Part shown: piece after piece, positions 12,513 to 25,155 of the stretch
How positions within the stretch are numbered: the stretch's first letter is position 1
Layout of the letters: each line of letters opens with the position of its first letter
Source of the DNA: Callorhinchus milii
Lineage: Eukaryota
Length of the DNA stretch: 64,000 nucleotides
Assembly (NCBI RefSeq): GCF_018977255.1
Contig: NW_024704742.1
Coordinates: 31,374,001-31,438,000, forward strand
Reading direction: 5' to 3'
Notes under the pieces: generated by a model
Database searches by the model: none
What the model saw: the letters and a program-made list of their open reading frames with translations, nothing else
Told to the model about the DNA's origin: nothing
Program-made: the position numbers and the translations under genes

Positions 12513-14304
12513 TGATTTCTACCTTTGGGAAGAAATTCCACCCAGATGTAGATTAACGTGAATTATATAGCCTCCAAAAATGGTTAAATTAATTCAGTCT
12601 TTGAAGTCAGTGTTCTGCATTTTTTAAAAAGAAATTTGCCAAAACCAGCTTCAAAATGAACAACAAAATTACATTTGTATAGCACCTTTCATGTCAGGAA
12701 GGACGTCCCAAGGCGCTGGGCAATCAGTGTTTCGGACTTGAGTTGGGGGTCAGGAACGAGGAGAAAACACTTAAGTCTGTATTTAAGAATTTTCCAAATT
12801 CTGGACACTGGTTGATTTTCTCCTGCTATGGCTTTGATGTACAGGAGAGCAGGTATTGAACTTTGATGTACAAGAAAGCAATCAAAAATGCAAGGATTAT
12901 CATTATTATTATTGGACTTGACCTGGAAGTGAAGAGCTGGGACAGAGACAGCACTGGATTTGAAATATTGGATTGAAAGTTACCACACCTCAAATATATA
13001 GTACATACATTTTACAATATATTCTGTGAAGGCTTTGAGACCTTTCAACAATGTGATAAGGTGCTATATCAAATGCAAGGATTATTATTATTATAATTAT
13101 TAGATAAATCAACTGTTGCCTTCTTGGAACAGTGACTATTTTTTCCTTGCTGGGGTGACAATATATTGTTTCGTACCAAATTTGACTGATACTGCAATAA
13201 TAGTAAATCCGTTATGAAGCATCGCATTTTTACACCCCATTATTATGAAAAGACCGGAAAAGCAACAAATAATTTTCATTCCAAGTATTAATTTACTCAT
13301 GCGTTTTGCCATATTTCCATTCAAATTATAGAATGCAGAAGTTGACTTAATTAATGCACTGGTATCTTATTTGTAACAGTAGATTTCCTCAATAGCTTCA
13401 CCTGGTACTGTACTGTCAACAACTATGCAAAGCAAAAAAATCATTCAGAGCAAGTGTAATTGCCAGCAATGCAATATTACTCCAGTTGACATAGGAAATT
13501 AAGTACTGGATCTGCTGATACAAGTGCTGCATTAGCAGCAACCGCAGCGTGTGCTGCTTAAAGCTTCACATCCTGCCAGGGCCAAGGGATGAAATTGGAC
13601 CTGTTTATACAAGTGGCACCAAATTCAATTCATTCATTCAACGTAACCAAAAAAAATTGCATAGCTCACCGGTGGAAAGCAGCACCAGTGTTGGTTAAAT
13701 ATGACAACAGTAAAAAAATTCTGTTCAAACAATAAAAGGAAAATATGTGTGGAGTCCCTGGGGTTTGAAATGTGAAATTTATAAACAAAAAGTAACTGAA
13801 ACTTGTGCTGAGCGACTTCTATTTTTACTCCTTATTTCAGCATCTATGGACACATTTTACTTGAACCTGCTTTGTTATGAAGTTTCAAGTGCTCTACCTT
13901 CTTAAATACCCATTTCAAAACTGGCCACTGTTTTCTCTTTAGACTCATATCCATCCATTCCTTCTGCTACCTACATGAGAATGCTGCTCACATCTTCTAC
14001 AGTGAAATATATTGTGGAAAATAATAATAAAAGCTCTGCCACATTATGTCAGCCCTCATCCTTTAGGGACCCCACTTGTTGTTTGATACTTTGTCCGCTG
14101 CGAATCTACTCCTTAATGTCCATTGTGATTTGTTTTTCCAATTTATTCTTTTCAAATCTAATTATTGACTTGATACCATTTGCTTTGCCCTGGTGTATTT
14201 TTGGACCATGTTTCTTATCCATTGTCTCAGTTCAATTGAAATATATATTTTTAAAATTCTTCTTTAATCTTCCAGTTTAACCACATTCTGTGTGTCAGCA
14301 ATTC

Positions 14305-14680
14305 TCAGTGAGTAGTGCTCTCGCCTCTGAGTCAGAAGGTTGCAGATTCAAGCCCCACATCAAGACATTGAACTCATGTAGTTCAAGAGGAGATTCCAGT
14401 CCAATGCTGGGGAAGTGCTGCATTCATTGGAGATGCCGTCTTTCAGATGAGATGTTTAAACCAAGGCTCTGTCTGCTGGTTCAGGTGGTCATTGCCCTGG
14501 CCAGCAAACCCCCAGATGAAATTGATCATTCACTTCATAGACTGTTTGTGTGACATTACTGTGTGACAGTACTGTGAAAATTGGCTACTGCATTTACCTA
14601 CAAATTACACATAGTACATCCTGTGAAGCATTTGAGGCACCCTTCTGACTTGAAAAGTATTCAATTAAATGCAAGAATTC
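14305..14680 (+). mobile_element. DeuSINE-like SINE (family A)
   Basis: tRNA-like head ctctgagtcagaaggttgcagattcaagcc, core agatgagatgtttaaaccaagg, 3' tail. Confidence 0.8.
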
Positions 14681-16329
14681 TACGGCGCAGTTTTCTTTGC
14701 TTAGCAAACACTGTGGCTGCTTTTTTTCACCTTAATTCTTTCACCTTCATTCCTCCACTCTCTTCTTCACCCAGTAATAATATTTTTTCTATAATATTTA
14801 TCTGATTCACTTTTTAAATGCCGCTATATCCCTTGACTTCAGTTTCAAAGTGTCTTCAAAGGAAAGCTGATTCAAATGGGGGTGCTCTGAGCAGTCTGAT
14901 TCAAGTCCAACTATCCCACATCATTGACTGGAGATTCAGCTGGATCTCGATTCACTTCTTTTGTACAGCAATTCAGAGCGTGTAGGATTTGGCAAATTGT
15001 TGAATTCTATCACAAGTCCCTGAAGAAAACTTAGACAAGAAACTTACACAAAGCTGGCTTCAAAATTGAAGACTGCATTTAAAGAATTTGACAATTCTGA
15101 AATGATGTGTTATAATAATATTAATTATAATAATCCTTGCATTTGATATAGTGCCTTATCATGTCATCCAAAGGTTCAAAACACTTCACAGGACATACTG
15201 TAATGTAGAGTGACTGTGTAATTTGCTGGATAATTCTCTCTAACACAGGATTTCACGTTTATTGGATGATTCATCTAATAAATCTGGACCCAGGTAGAAT
15301 TTCTATCCACATGAATGCTGGACAGTCATCCACTAAACATGTTACAGTAGTGTGAACAGTGCACTCGTTCTACTCTGATATCGTGAACAGAATTGGACAC
15401 ACGTTCAAGTGGGGTGTCACAGGTGCTTCCTACAACGTTGAACTATTCAAGGTAGGGCTCTGCCAAGCTCCAGTCTGCCTTCATACATTTGCATTCCAAT
15501 TCAACCAACTTTAAGAAGTACCAGTTTTATTATCTAAACGTATATGCTACATGCAAAGTCATATTTGTTTTCTTTTGACATTGGGTTTAATTTGTGATAT
15601 TCACAAACCGATTTGTTGCATTTTTTGCAAAGGGGTGAAATTCATGGTGAAATTGGAGACCTGTGATCCCACATTGTCAAAGTCTGAAGAAAGAGCGCTG
15701 AGCAAAATCATTGGCAGGCACAGACTACTGCTTGCTCACAGCCATTATCTGGACCTTGCCGCACTGTGACTCTTGATACGCTGGCCACAAATTTCTTAAG
15801 CCTGAAGTCGCACATTGTAACAGTTGTCATATCCTGTTCATGAACGTCCCAAATGAGACCCCATTGACATCTATATATTTTTGCTATCCATTGAGATCTA
15901 TTTTTTAAACATATATCTTTCATATTGATTTTTATTTTAACCCATTTTGTTCGTTCACAAACACAAATTGAAGGAAGGCTTCAGAATCACTTGATCCCTT
16001 GCAATCTGTCACTGCCATATCCATGACCCACTGAGAATGTGTATCGTCTTTATAGTGGTTCTCACTAGCGTAGATAAGTGTTGCAGAACTTTGAACAAAG
16101 TTTGTTTTATAATTCTTCAAAAGCACTGTATTTCTGCTCCCCCCCCACCCCACCCCAACACTTATAAACATGACTACTATCCTGGAAAGGGTCAGAGGCA
16201 AGAAGCAGGGGTCCCCTTAGGCTGAGCTGGTGACAGTCTTGGCAATGGAATTTCAGAAACAAACCAACCCTCTGTGGCGATCTCGGTAGTCATGTTTGCA
16301 AGCCAGGCAGGTCTGCAGTATTCCAGGCT

Positions 16330-16576
16330 GCTGATGACAGCATAGCCAGTCTGGCTTGTTAGCAGGACTTGTAGCAGCAGCCCAGTCAGTGGGGCTGGGA
16401 TTCTTCCCATTCAGTTCTTATTAACCCTGCAAGCCAAAATCTTAACGGATAGGGTTGTCCCAGCTTGACAAGCAGCGGGAAAGCTTGCCAGACAGCGATA
16501 TCAATGTCAAGCTTTGTGGTTTTAGCTGATTAGACTCCAACAGGACTCCAACACATACTCTGAGGTCCCAATCCTC
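16330..16576 (+). mobile_element. family X internal fragment
   Basis: ttaaccctgcaagccaaa...ttttagctg shared with 40825-40980. Confidence 0.7.
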
Positions 16577-18179
16577 CAATCTGCGCTTAATATTTAATAC
16601 TACAGTACCATGGCTGGCTGAGATATAGAATACTGTAGTAGCAATGTGCTTGAAAGAACAATTACAAGTTTACACACCCGCCCAGTGACTCTCAAATTTA
16701 ACTCTCATCCTCGGCAAATGTCATATGGGCAAACAAGGCCTGACAGGCTCTTCCTGTGAGACAAACAGTTTATCCTGCAGCTGAACTGTCTCTAAGAGGA
16801 CATGTTTGTAAAGCTAGGCAGGCCCACAGTAATCCAAGGCAGATTGATGGGAGCAGATACGTTCACAAGACAAAGCTCTATCAGGCATGGTGGTCCTAGC
16901 TGGACAAGTGCTATGCTGCCGAGTTAACCATTAACTTATAGATAGCTATTATCCTGTGTTGGCAAATCACTTTAAAGTAGATATTATTTTAAACATTCCT
17001 GCAAACAGTTCAATCATATGCAGATAATACATGGGGCTGATACGAGATCCAATTTATGGAAACTCCCTCTGGAAGTAATCACCTCATTCCAGAAAACATC
17101 TCCAATGTGATCAACTCCCAGAACAAAGTTCCCACCTGACGATGGGAATTCTAATGGAATTCTTTGCTAAATAACACAGTCAACAAATTAGACCTGAACT
17201 ATTAATCAAACCTAGTTAATAACTGAAGATTAACATCAGAGTCTAATTTGCAGTACTTCTCAACCATATTCACTTGCTAAGGAATTCTGTCAGAGTTCCT
17301 ATGCACCCACGGTCACTACGCACTAGAGGAAGGTGCATGTGACTAACTCTTGATTACTGGAAAAGGTTCCTATTTGCAGAACCTTATTAACGCATCCCAT
17401 TAAGTAATACCACAAATTATACCTCAGTATCCTAAAGACTCCGGAGTTTCTAATATTCCATATGAAGCTCTATTTTTATGCAACTTCTTGAAAGAGTGAA
17501 TAATTTTGCAGCAAGATTGATGTCTGTGCCAGTGTTTGCTGGGAATTTCTTCATTAATGAATGGTAAACGTATCAATTTACATGTTTTCAGTTCAGGCTC
17601 AGCCCAACAACGTAATAAAATGGAAGATAAGTAAAACCCCATAAATCAGTCCAATTGCTTTTCAGTTCTGTCTTTTTTCCATTTTCAGGAAAAAGGATTT
17701 AACCTTTTTTTCCAGGAGCACAGTATTTTTTCTGAGCAGTTTTTACTGTACAATAATTCATGATGGGCAGGTAGTTATTCCACACGTCTCCTTCAGAGGG
17801 CAGTGTTACAGATGTCTTTGCTGGCTCTTGTGTGCTGCTCACACAGGCAATGCTGCTCAGTCTATTTAACTGCAACGTTACATTGAGATTACAGTGTGTA
17901 AAACTGGTAAACTAGCACATGTTCAAAACCACGGTGCACATGAGTGTCATCCCATTTTTGTTGCATTTTAAATCCTTCAATATTTCAAACGAAGAGTTAA
18001 CAGCAATGGTAACACCTCATGAGAGGCTAAGTAACAAAAAGGAGTGTCTTTAATACTTTAAAAATGGATGAAATTGCATCACTCACAAAAATGAGGATTA
18101 TCCACGACAAGTTCTCACACAGTGCACAGTAAAGTGAGAGTGTGTGAGGGGGTGGAATTTATGGGGAGAAATTATGTGG

Positions 18180-18520
18180 AGACGTCTCGAAACACTTCAC
18201 AGGATGCATTATAAAATGTGGAGACCGTATTTTGCGAGTGAATGAACAATTTTATTTGGGGGCATTGTTGACCAGGACATCGGGAGAAATTCCCTTCTCT
18301 TTTTGAATAGTTCCATAAGATCTTTAATGTCCACCTAAACAGGCAGATGCAACCTTGGTTTAATATTTGATGTGAAGGACAGTACCTCTGTCAAAATAAT
18401 GGTTCCTCCAGCATTGTAATGGAGTAATGGTCTAGATTCTGAGCTAAAAGTTCCAATAAGAGGCTTAAACCTATAACCTTTCTTACTCAGAGGTAAGAGT
18501 GCTACCATCTGAGCCAGGCT
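18180..18520 (-). mobile_element. DeuSINE-like SINE (family A)
   Basis: gatctttaatgtccacctaaacaggcag core; ctgagccagg head. Confidence 0.8.
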
Positions 18521-19694
18521 GCATTTCAAGGACTGAAACAATTCTAATGAACAAGTTATACTACAGATAATTGGGTTGAAATATCAGTAAGGGTTACAGA
18601 TTGCATCTTAGTCGAGGTTTAAATGATGAGGAGGAAAAGCCCATTAGTAGCAAAACACCAACTGGAATTTCAGGCCATTTGTTTTGGTTTGATACGAAAA
18701 TTAAAAATATCTAATAATATTAATAATCCCTGCATTTCATACAATGCTTATACAGAGTTGACTATGAAGTGGAGTGACTGTAAAATGGAACATGAATGCC
18801 CGGAAGCAATTTTCTGGCTATCAGATTGGCTCAATTCAACTTGAAACTCACAGCATCAAACTGTCTTGAGTGCCCAGCCTTGCAAACCCTGCCACATGAG
18901 CCCTGGGGAGAAGGCATACACACAGTGAACATCAGATTTCATCAGATGAGCAGTGCAAATGGAAAGAGTGGGAACTGGAGTTGGCAATAGGTGGGGCAGG
19001 TAAATTCAGTTCTATTTATAGTGGCTCCTTCTCAAATATAGTATGGCTTCATTTTTATCTTTAGACTTGGGCCATGTAGGCTTGTAACTGGAGAGACCCC
19101 AGCAATCATAAAACAGCAGCTCAGCATGAAACAGTGGTTTCAGCAGAGGAAAAGGGTTAGGGTTCAGCAGTCGAGAGAAAAAAATATCCCCTGCCATTCG
19201 GAGCAATGATTATTCGTGAACACTTAGCCAACGGGATTTAATGTTTTATATTCTCAAATTAGTACATAGGAACAAAAAGGGACCATTAAACAGGTCCAGA
19301 ATGATATTTGATGCTTCTACCTGACCTGACACATTATGCGCACTCTCACAGTGTCAGTGTTGAGTGAATTCAGGTCAGATAAAGCAGGGGTTAAATACAG
19401 GGTAAATCTACCCTCTACTTTGGTACAATGATATGTCTTAACTCCAAGGAGCCAATGTGTTTGTTCAGGGCTGTACCTTTGGAAGAGTATGTTGAGGAGC
19501 CTATACCTCTATTAGGAAATATCATTTATATTATCTGAGGAGAAAGATAGAAGCGAGATATGGAACCGGACAAGTGAAGGAATCTGTGCAGGAGACAGAA
19601 CTATGGAACTATACTGACCGACAGTGACTGAACTATTGACATCTGATAGTGGGATGATTGATGGCGGCCATTCTTTTCCATATAAAGCTACTTA

Positions 19695-19880
19695 CCTGGC
19701 TCAGTTGGTAGCACTCTTATCTCTGAGTTAGAAAGTTAACACTCTACGTCGGGACTTTGAGCTCATTGTCTAGGCTGACACTTCAATGCAATGCTTGGGG
19801 CGCTGCATTGTCACACATGAATTTGAGGTCCAGTCTTCGTGTTCAGGTGGATGTTAAAGATCCCTTAGGATTATTTCCAA
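19695..19880 (+). mobile_element. DeuSINE-like SINE, 5' half
   Basis: cctggctcagttggtagcactc head and ttcaggtggatgttaaagatccc core. Confidence 0.75.
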
Positions 19881-20384
19881 AAACAAATCTGTGACTCAAT
19901 TGTTATCTGCCATTGATCCATGTCAACATCAAACCAACAGGTGACAGAAGCCTTGGCAGGAAGGCTGGGAGGTATTGCCACTTTCCAGGTGACGCTGACT
20001 TACAGGAGAAGAGACAGCAACATCTCAACACCATTGAAGTTATAACACGAGCGATTGAGGGTTCTACAGCGAACAAGAGGCAGATGGTTGGTCTTGTTCT
20101 CTAGATAACACACCAACGGTGCGGGAAAGATTAATTACCTAAGCGCAGTGCTTAACATAAAAGATGTAGCGTTTTAAAGCATTAAACACGTGTTTAATGT
20201 TTTGCGGGTGCCCCCACCACACACTTTGACACGGGCCAGAGTGTCCACAAATCATCTTCTTCGCTATGTCAGTGGCAATGCTCAGTCAGATTTGCTGTAC
20301 TGTCTGAATCCAGGCAATGATCTGTGAAGCTAGACAGGGCCAGAAAACAAGGTGGAGATTCAAACAACAGCAGAAACAGTACTA

Positions 20385-20823
20385 GACTCTAGCCAGCCTG
20401 TGCCTAATACTTTCTGGAATTAGGATAGCAGGATGCATCCCTCCAGGGAGAGAGTGCGCATTTCAGTCCAACACTCTGTCTCTGGAATCTCCATGTGTAG
20501 GTGGGATTCATGGAATTCTCAGTTTGTTTTGGAGAGTAAAGGACACCCTGAGGTCTCATCCTTCATCCATCACTTCCCAGTTATTTACAACAGTAGAGGA
20601 CATCATGAGGTGTTACTCGACAACAACACCAACAACGTGCATTTATATAGCGTCCTTCATGTGGGTTGGTGTTCCGGAGCGCTTACTGAAACAATGTTAG
20701 AAATTGCTACATCATTAGAAAAGGGAACAGTTTCCACATGTATGTGGCGTTTGTATGTGGATCTCTCAGTCTGGTTTGGATGCTCTTAAGCCCAGAGGTG
20801 GGTGACATCCGGCTGACCAAAAA
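20385..20823 (+). mobile_element. family X, 3' part, interrupted at ~20530-20760; followed by an A-rich tract
   Basis: tttctggaattagg...ccctccagggagagagtgcgc and ggctgaccaaaa terminus. Confidence 0.65.
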
Positions 20824-21059
20824 GAAATAGAAAAAAAACAAGCAAAGCAAATAAATAAACAAGAGTCGAAACATGTTGAGAATGCAGGGTTCCATTTGGT
20901 AACTATTTCATGTTTAGTGCAACAGGTTCAGAACAATTTCTGTAACACTTTTAGGAAGGGAAGGATTTGAACTACAGTATTTTACAATGTATGATATAAA
21001 TGAGCTTGTTCCAAGGGTCAGAGTAAATATCTTTGGATGTAACGAATAAAGAACTTAGA

Positions 21060-21355
21060 TTTTTACAGCACCTTGTTACATTGCAACGCTTCAAAACGCT
21101 TTCACAAGCAATTACTGTAGTGATTGTTTTATGGGCATCAAGACAGCTATTGCACCAACAAAAGTCCCACAAACAGTTATGAGATGAATGGCCAATTCAT
21201 CTGGAGGATTGTTGGACACATTATCACAAAAGATTCCCTTCGCTTTTCAAATAATGTCATGGGAATTTTAACGCTGCACCCGAAGAGGCAGAGAGGATCT
21301 CAGTTCAATGTTTTGTTTGAAAGATAGCACTTCTGACAATGCATTTTCCAACTGT
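21060..21355 (-). mobile_element. older DeuSINE-like SINE
   Basis: cccacaaacag...catgggaattttaacg...ttgaaagatagcac. Confidence 0.6.
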
Positions 21356-21558
21356 AGTATTTTGAGATATTCTCCCGAAGTGAAAGGCACTATATAAATG
21401 TAAAATTTATGTTGTTTTTGCACTACTGTCCTGTAGTCACAGTTTAGACTAATAATAAGACATTTATAAAGAGCCAATAACAAGTTATATAGGACTTTCA
21501 AGTAAGAATAAATGTGCTTTGCAAATTATACTTGATCAGAATGGAAATGAATGTTATT

Positions 21559-21886
21559 ATAATAATAATAATAATCCTTGCATTTGATATAGCGCTTTTC
21601 ACGTCGGGAGGACGTCCCAAAGCGCTTCACAGAACACACTGTAAAGTGAATTGACTGTATATTTGTGGGCGAACGCGGCAGCCAATTGCGCACAGCAATG
21701 TCCCACAAACAGTCATAGATTGAAAATGACCAGTTTATTATTGTTTTGGGTTTTGGAGGGATTATTATTAGGCGTGTGGAGTAAGGAAACTTGCCCAAGG
21801 TTTCGCCCTCTGCCTGGAATTGAATTCAGGTCTCTCGCTTGCAAAGCGAGTGCTCTAACCACTGAGCTACAGGACTCCACAAATCC
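21559..21886 (-). mobile_element. family B SINE (short form), full length, young
   Basis: very close to 33707-34028; intact tRNA-like head and (TTA)n tail. Confidence 0.9.
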
Positions 21887-23996
21887 AGTAGGCAAATGCA
21901 GCGGCTGATCTGTACCAACTATGTCTCACAAACAACAGGAGGGGAATATAAACCAGGGTAACTGGGGCCAGACAAAATTCCTTTACGTGTACTGAATCAC
22001 ACGGCAGAGAGAACTTAACATTAACAATATGATGAACGATTATGACGATCACCCAGCAATAAATAATAAAAATGTCTTTAATATAGAATTTTGGCGCATA
22101 GGCAAACGTGGCAGCTAATCTGCAGCAGTGACCTGCTGAAAGCAACAAGTGAAATGAGAATTGAGGAAAAAGAGAAAAAAAGAAGCAAATGGAAAAAGAA
22201 GCCAACAAAGCAGAGAGTAAAGAAAAGGTAAAGTCAGGGAAATATAAAATGGCAGACAAAAGTGTGGAGCTCAGATCTTGAGCAACTGTACAGCACAAAT
22301 TGTAATAATAATAATAATATTCCTTGCATTTGATATAGTGCCTTATCACGTCTTCGAGACGACTCAGCGCTTCACAGAATATACTGTAAAGTGAATTGAC
22401 TGTATATTTTGTGGGTAAGTCCTGATAGATTTTTGAGAAAAATGGGACCAGCAAATATTTAAATCCAATTGACAATTCAGCACTTAATTGTTTTCCGAAG
22501 GTGTGCAGTAACGTTTTAGGGCTGAAGGAAAAGCTTCTATAACCATTATTTCTTTGTGCAGAACAATGCTCCACTTTGTTCACTGTATCTGTATTGCTTT
22601 ATTGCTCAAAGAGACCCGAAATGAAGAATGATTTTTAATCTGAATTTGGCCAGGGGTCAATGAGACATAATTTCCCTCATACCAATTGTGCGTTTGTTAT
22701 TCAATAATGATGATTTGTTTAAAGGGTGAAGTTCTGAGAGCAACACACTCTCCAAAGAGGAACTCAGATAACTCAATGGGAATTTTCTCTGAAGAGCGAG
22801 TGGCATCTAGGCTAAAAAAAAACCTCCAAAATCTCCAACTGTGCCAAAGATGTGATTTGGAATGAGAAACCGCAACGATTGATTTGACGGTAAGCGCTGT
22901 GTGATCCATTTAATTTCAAAAGTACTGCATCAAATAGTGCAGAGAAATCTGCGGCATTCAAAGCACCTTTACCAAGTTTGAAGGTCAAAGCTGGTTTATG
23001 AATGAACTGCGCTCGACTCATCCAAGGGCAGTGGAAGAGTAGATCATTTCTTTGAGGTACTGTGGTGTTGACGCAGCTGAGAGCATGATTGGTGAAATGC
23101 AGAATAAGAGTCTCTTTAATAACTACAAATTAAATACTTTTCAGTCTCTTTAATATCAATGTGGTGGGGGCACATAAAGTTTTTTTAAAAAAGCTGTCAT
23201 TGATATGCAGCTATTGTAATGATGACTTCTAAGTATTTGACCTTGACTATCACTGCACCATCATTTCATTTCAATGAGGATGCATTGTGAATGAATATAA
23301 TTTCACACTTGGAATCATTGTGGATGAAACCTGAAGAATTGTTTATTTATTGATTTTGTACATACGTGTTAGAGAGAGAGCGAGAGAATCTTGTTTATAC
23401 CCTAGCTTATTTTGAACCTGTTTCTTATTTTTCACCACTGGACAGTCGTTTAACCTTTTGCTTACGCACCGCTTATAAAAATACCTTGGCAATTAATCGT
23501 TCTCAGCACATGACTGGCTGTGGCTTTTAAAAGGAAAAAAAGAGTTTAACATTCGAAATCACATCCTGACTCAGCAAAGTCATCCCTGCTTCATGAGAAA
23601 GATCAGGGAAGTGAAGTGCTACTTTTCTAAAAATATGAACCACAAGCGGAAGGCTTTCAATGAGCCATCACCTAGCCTCAATGTTACGCTCAACAAATTT
23701 GAATGCAATTAAAAATTTCATGCAAGTCAAACAAGGCCCTTCTTAGAATGGGAATTTGTCTGTTAATGCTGTTAGAGCACTACTTAGTCTACAGTTAATC
23801 AAAGTCGCTGACAGCTTTTAGCTTTAATTGCTCAATGATGCAAAAAAACAAGATTAAAATATGTAAAATCCAGTTTACAACTAATATCATTTAAACTACT
23901 CAGACAGAATAAGATTTGTTAAGATTATTAGCATTCTCAGATAATGATATTAAACCCAAAACCCACTTAGCCAGTTCAAAACTGTCTCAGGATTTA

Positions 23997-24031
23997 GAGA
24001 AAGAGAGCGAGAGAGAGAGAGAGAGAGAGAG
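23997..24031. repeat. (GA)n microsatellite
   Basis: direct reading. Confidence 0.9.
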
Positions 24032-24929
24032 AAACACGCTTCCTTCACTTCCTATTTATTTCAGTTTGGTTACCAGCTGGCGCAGCAAAAGGGTTGACTT
24101 AACCTTTGTGCCTTTTGATGCACTTTGTTCAGCTGCCAGACCAGTAGAGGCACAGATGTCTCCACAATTCACTTTGTATCATTACTGTATAATGAAATTA
24201 AAGAGACACAGACACTCTGGCCAGATTGGCTGAGGCCACAGAGCCTTTAAATGAAGTCCGATTCTCTGGAGCACAAATGCATCATGTGTCATTACTTAGC
24301 TTTGAATTAAGACTGCATAATAAATAGCGGACTGGTAAAGGAGCAATGAATGTTAATCAGTCATAAAACGGAGAGTGTGAATGAAGAGTATGTTAGGAAA
24401 ACAGGCGTAACTACTGTGAAGAACTAGTCAACCGTACTGTAGTGTGATGGTGAAGTTTTGAATTCTAGATTGAAGGGGCATCCAGTCAGTAATGATCAGA
24501 AACCTCAGGGTGGGATTTTACCAAGGTCCTAAATGCATGAGCTTTCAGACAGGACTGTCAATGTGTCATAGTGCCCTTCTCCTGAATTGGGGATCTTTCT
24601 CTTTACTCTTTCAGCACTAAAAGGCCTTTCTTAGTTTTTGGGGATAATCAAAGATTTCTTTGCATAAGATAATAATGATAATAATACTAATCCTTGCATT
24701 TGATACAGCGTCTTATCATGTCATTGAAAAGTCTCAAAGCACTCCACAGAATATATTGTAAAGTTGAGCGACTGTGTATTTTGTGGGTGAAAGATACTTT
24801 AACACATGAATTTTAGGCAGGACAGAGCTAAATAACACTTTTAAATTGCTCCTTTTTTTCTACCTGGCTCTTCCCACTCCAAGAACCAAGAACAATACTT
24901 TAGGATGCACCAATCTAGTAGAACAAGAT

Positions 24930-25155
24930 GACATAGGTTTAGAGATGCAAAGGGCAATTTAAGAACCAGGATGTTTTTCTTTACTCAGAGGGTAATTAAT
25001 GCCTGGAACAGATTGTTAGGATGGGCAATTGAGGCCAGGAAATCGACTCATTTAAAAAGCAGCTCAATACTGGGATGGACAGTATGGTGGGTGTTCTGCA
25101 AGGATGAGATCAAATGGGCCAAAGGGAGTTCTTCATCTGAACTAATCTTGTGATA
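24930..25155 (+). mobile_element. CR1 LINE 3' fragment
   Basis: FFTQRVINAWN motif of the CR1 ORF2 C-terminus plus 3' UTR. Confidence 0.8.

Noticed and set aside
16325..16360. Hammerhead ribozyme (CTGATGA)
   Set aside because: No correctly placed GAAA or stem II.
21867..22583. Longest ORF (238 aa)
   Set aside because: Reads through a SINE tail (CKEYYYYY from TAT repeats) and low-complexity pyrimidine DNA; no domain.
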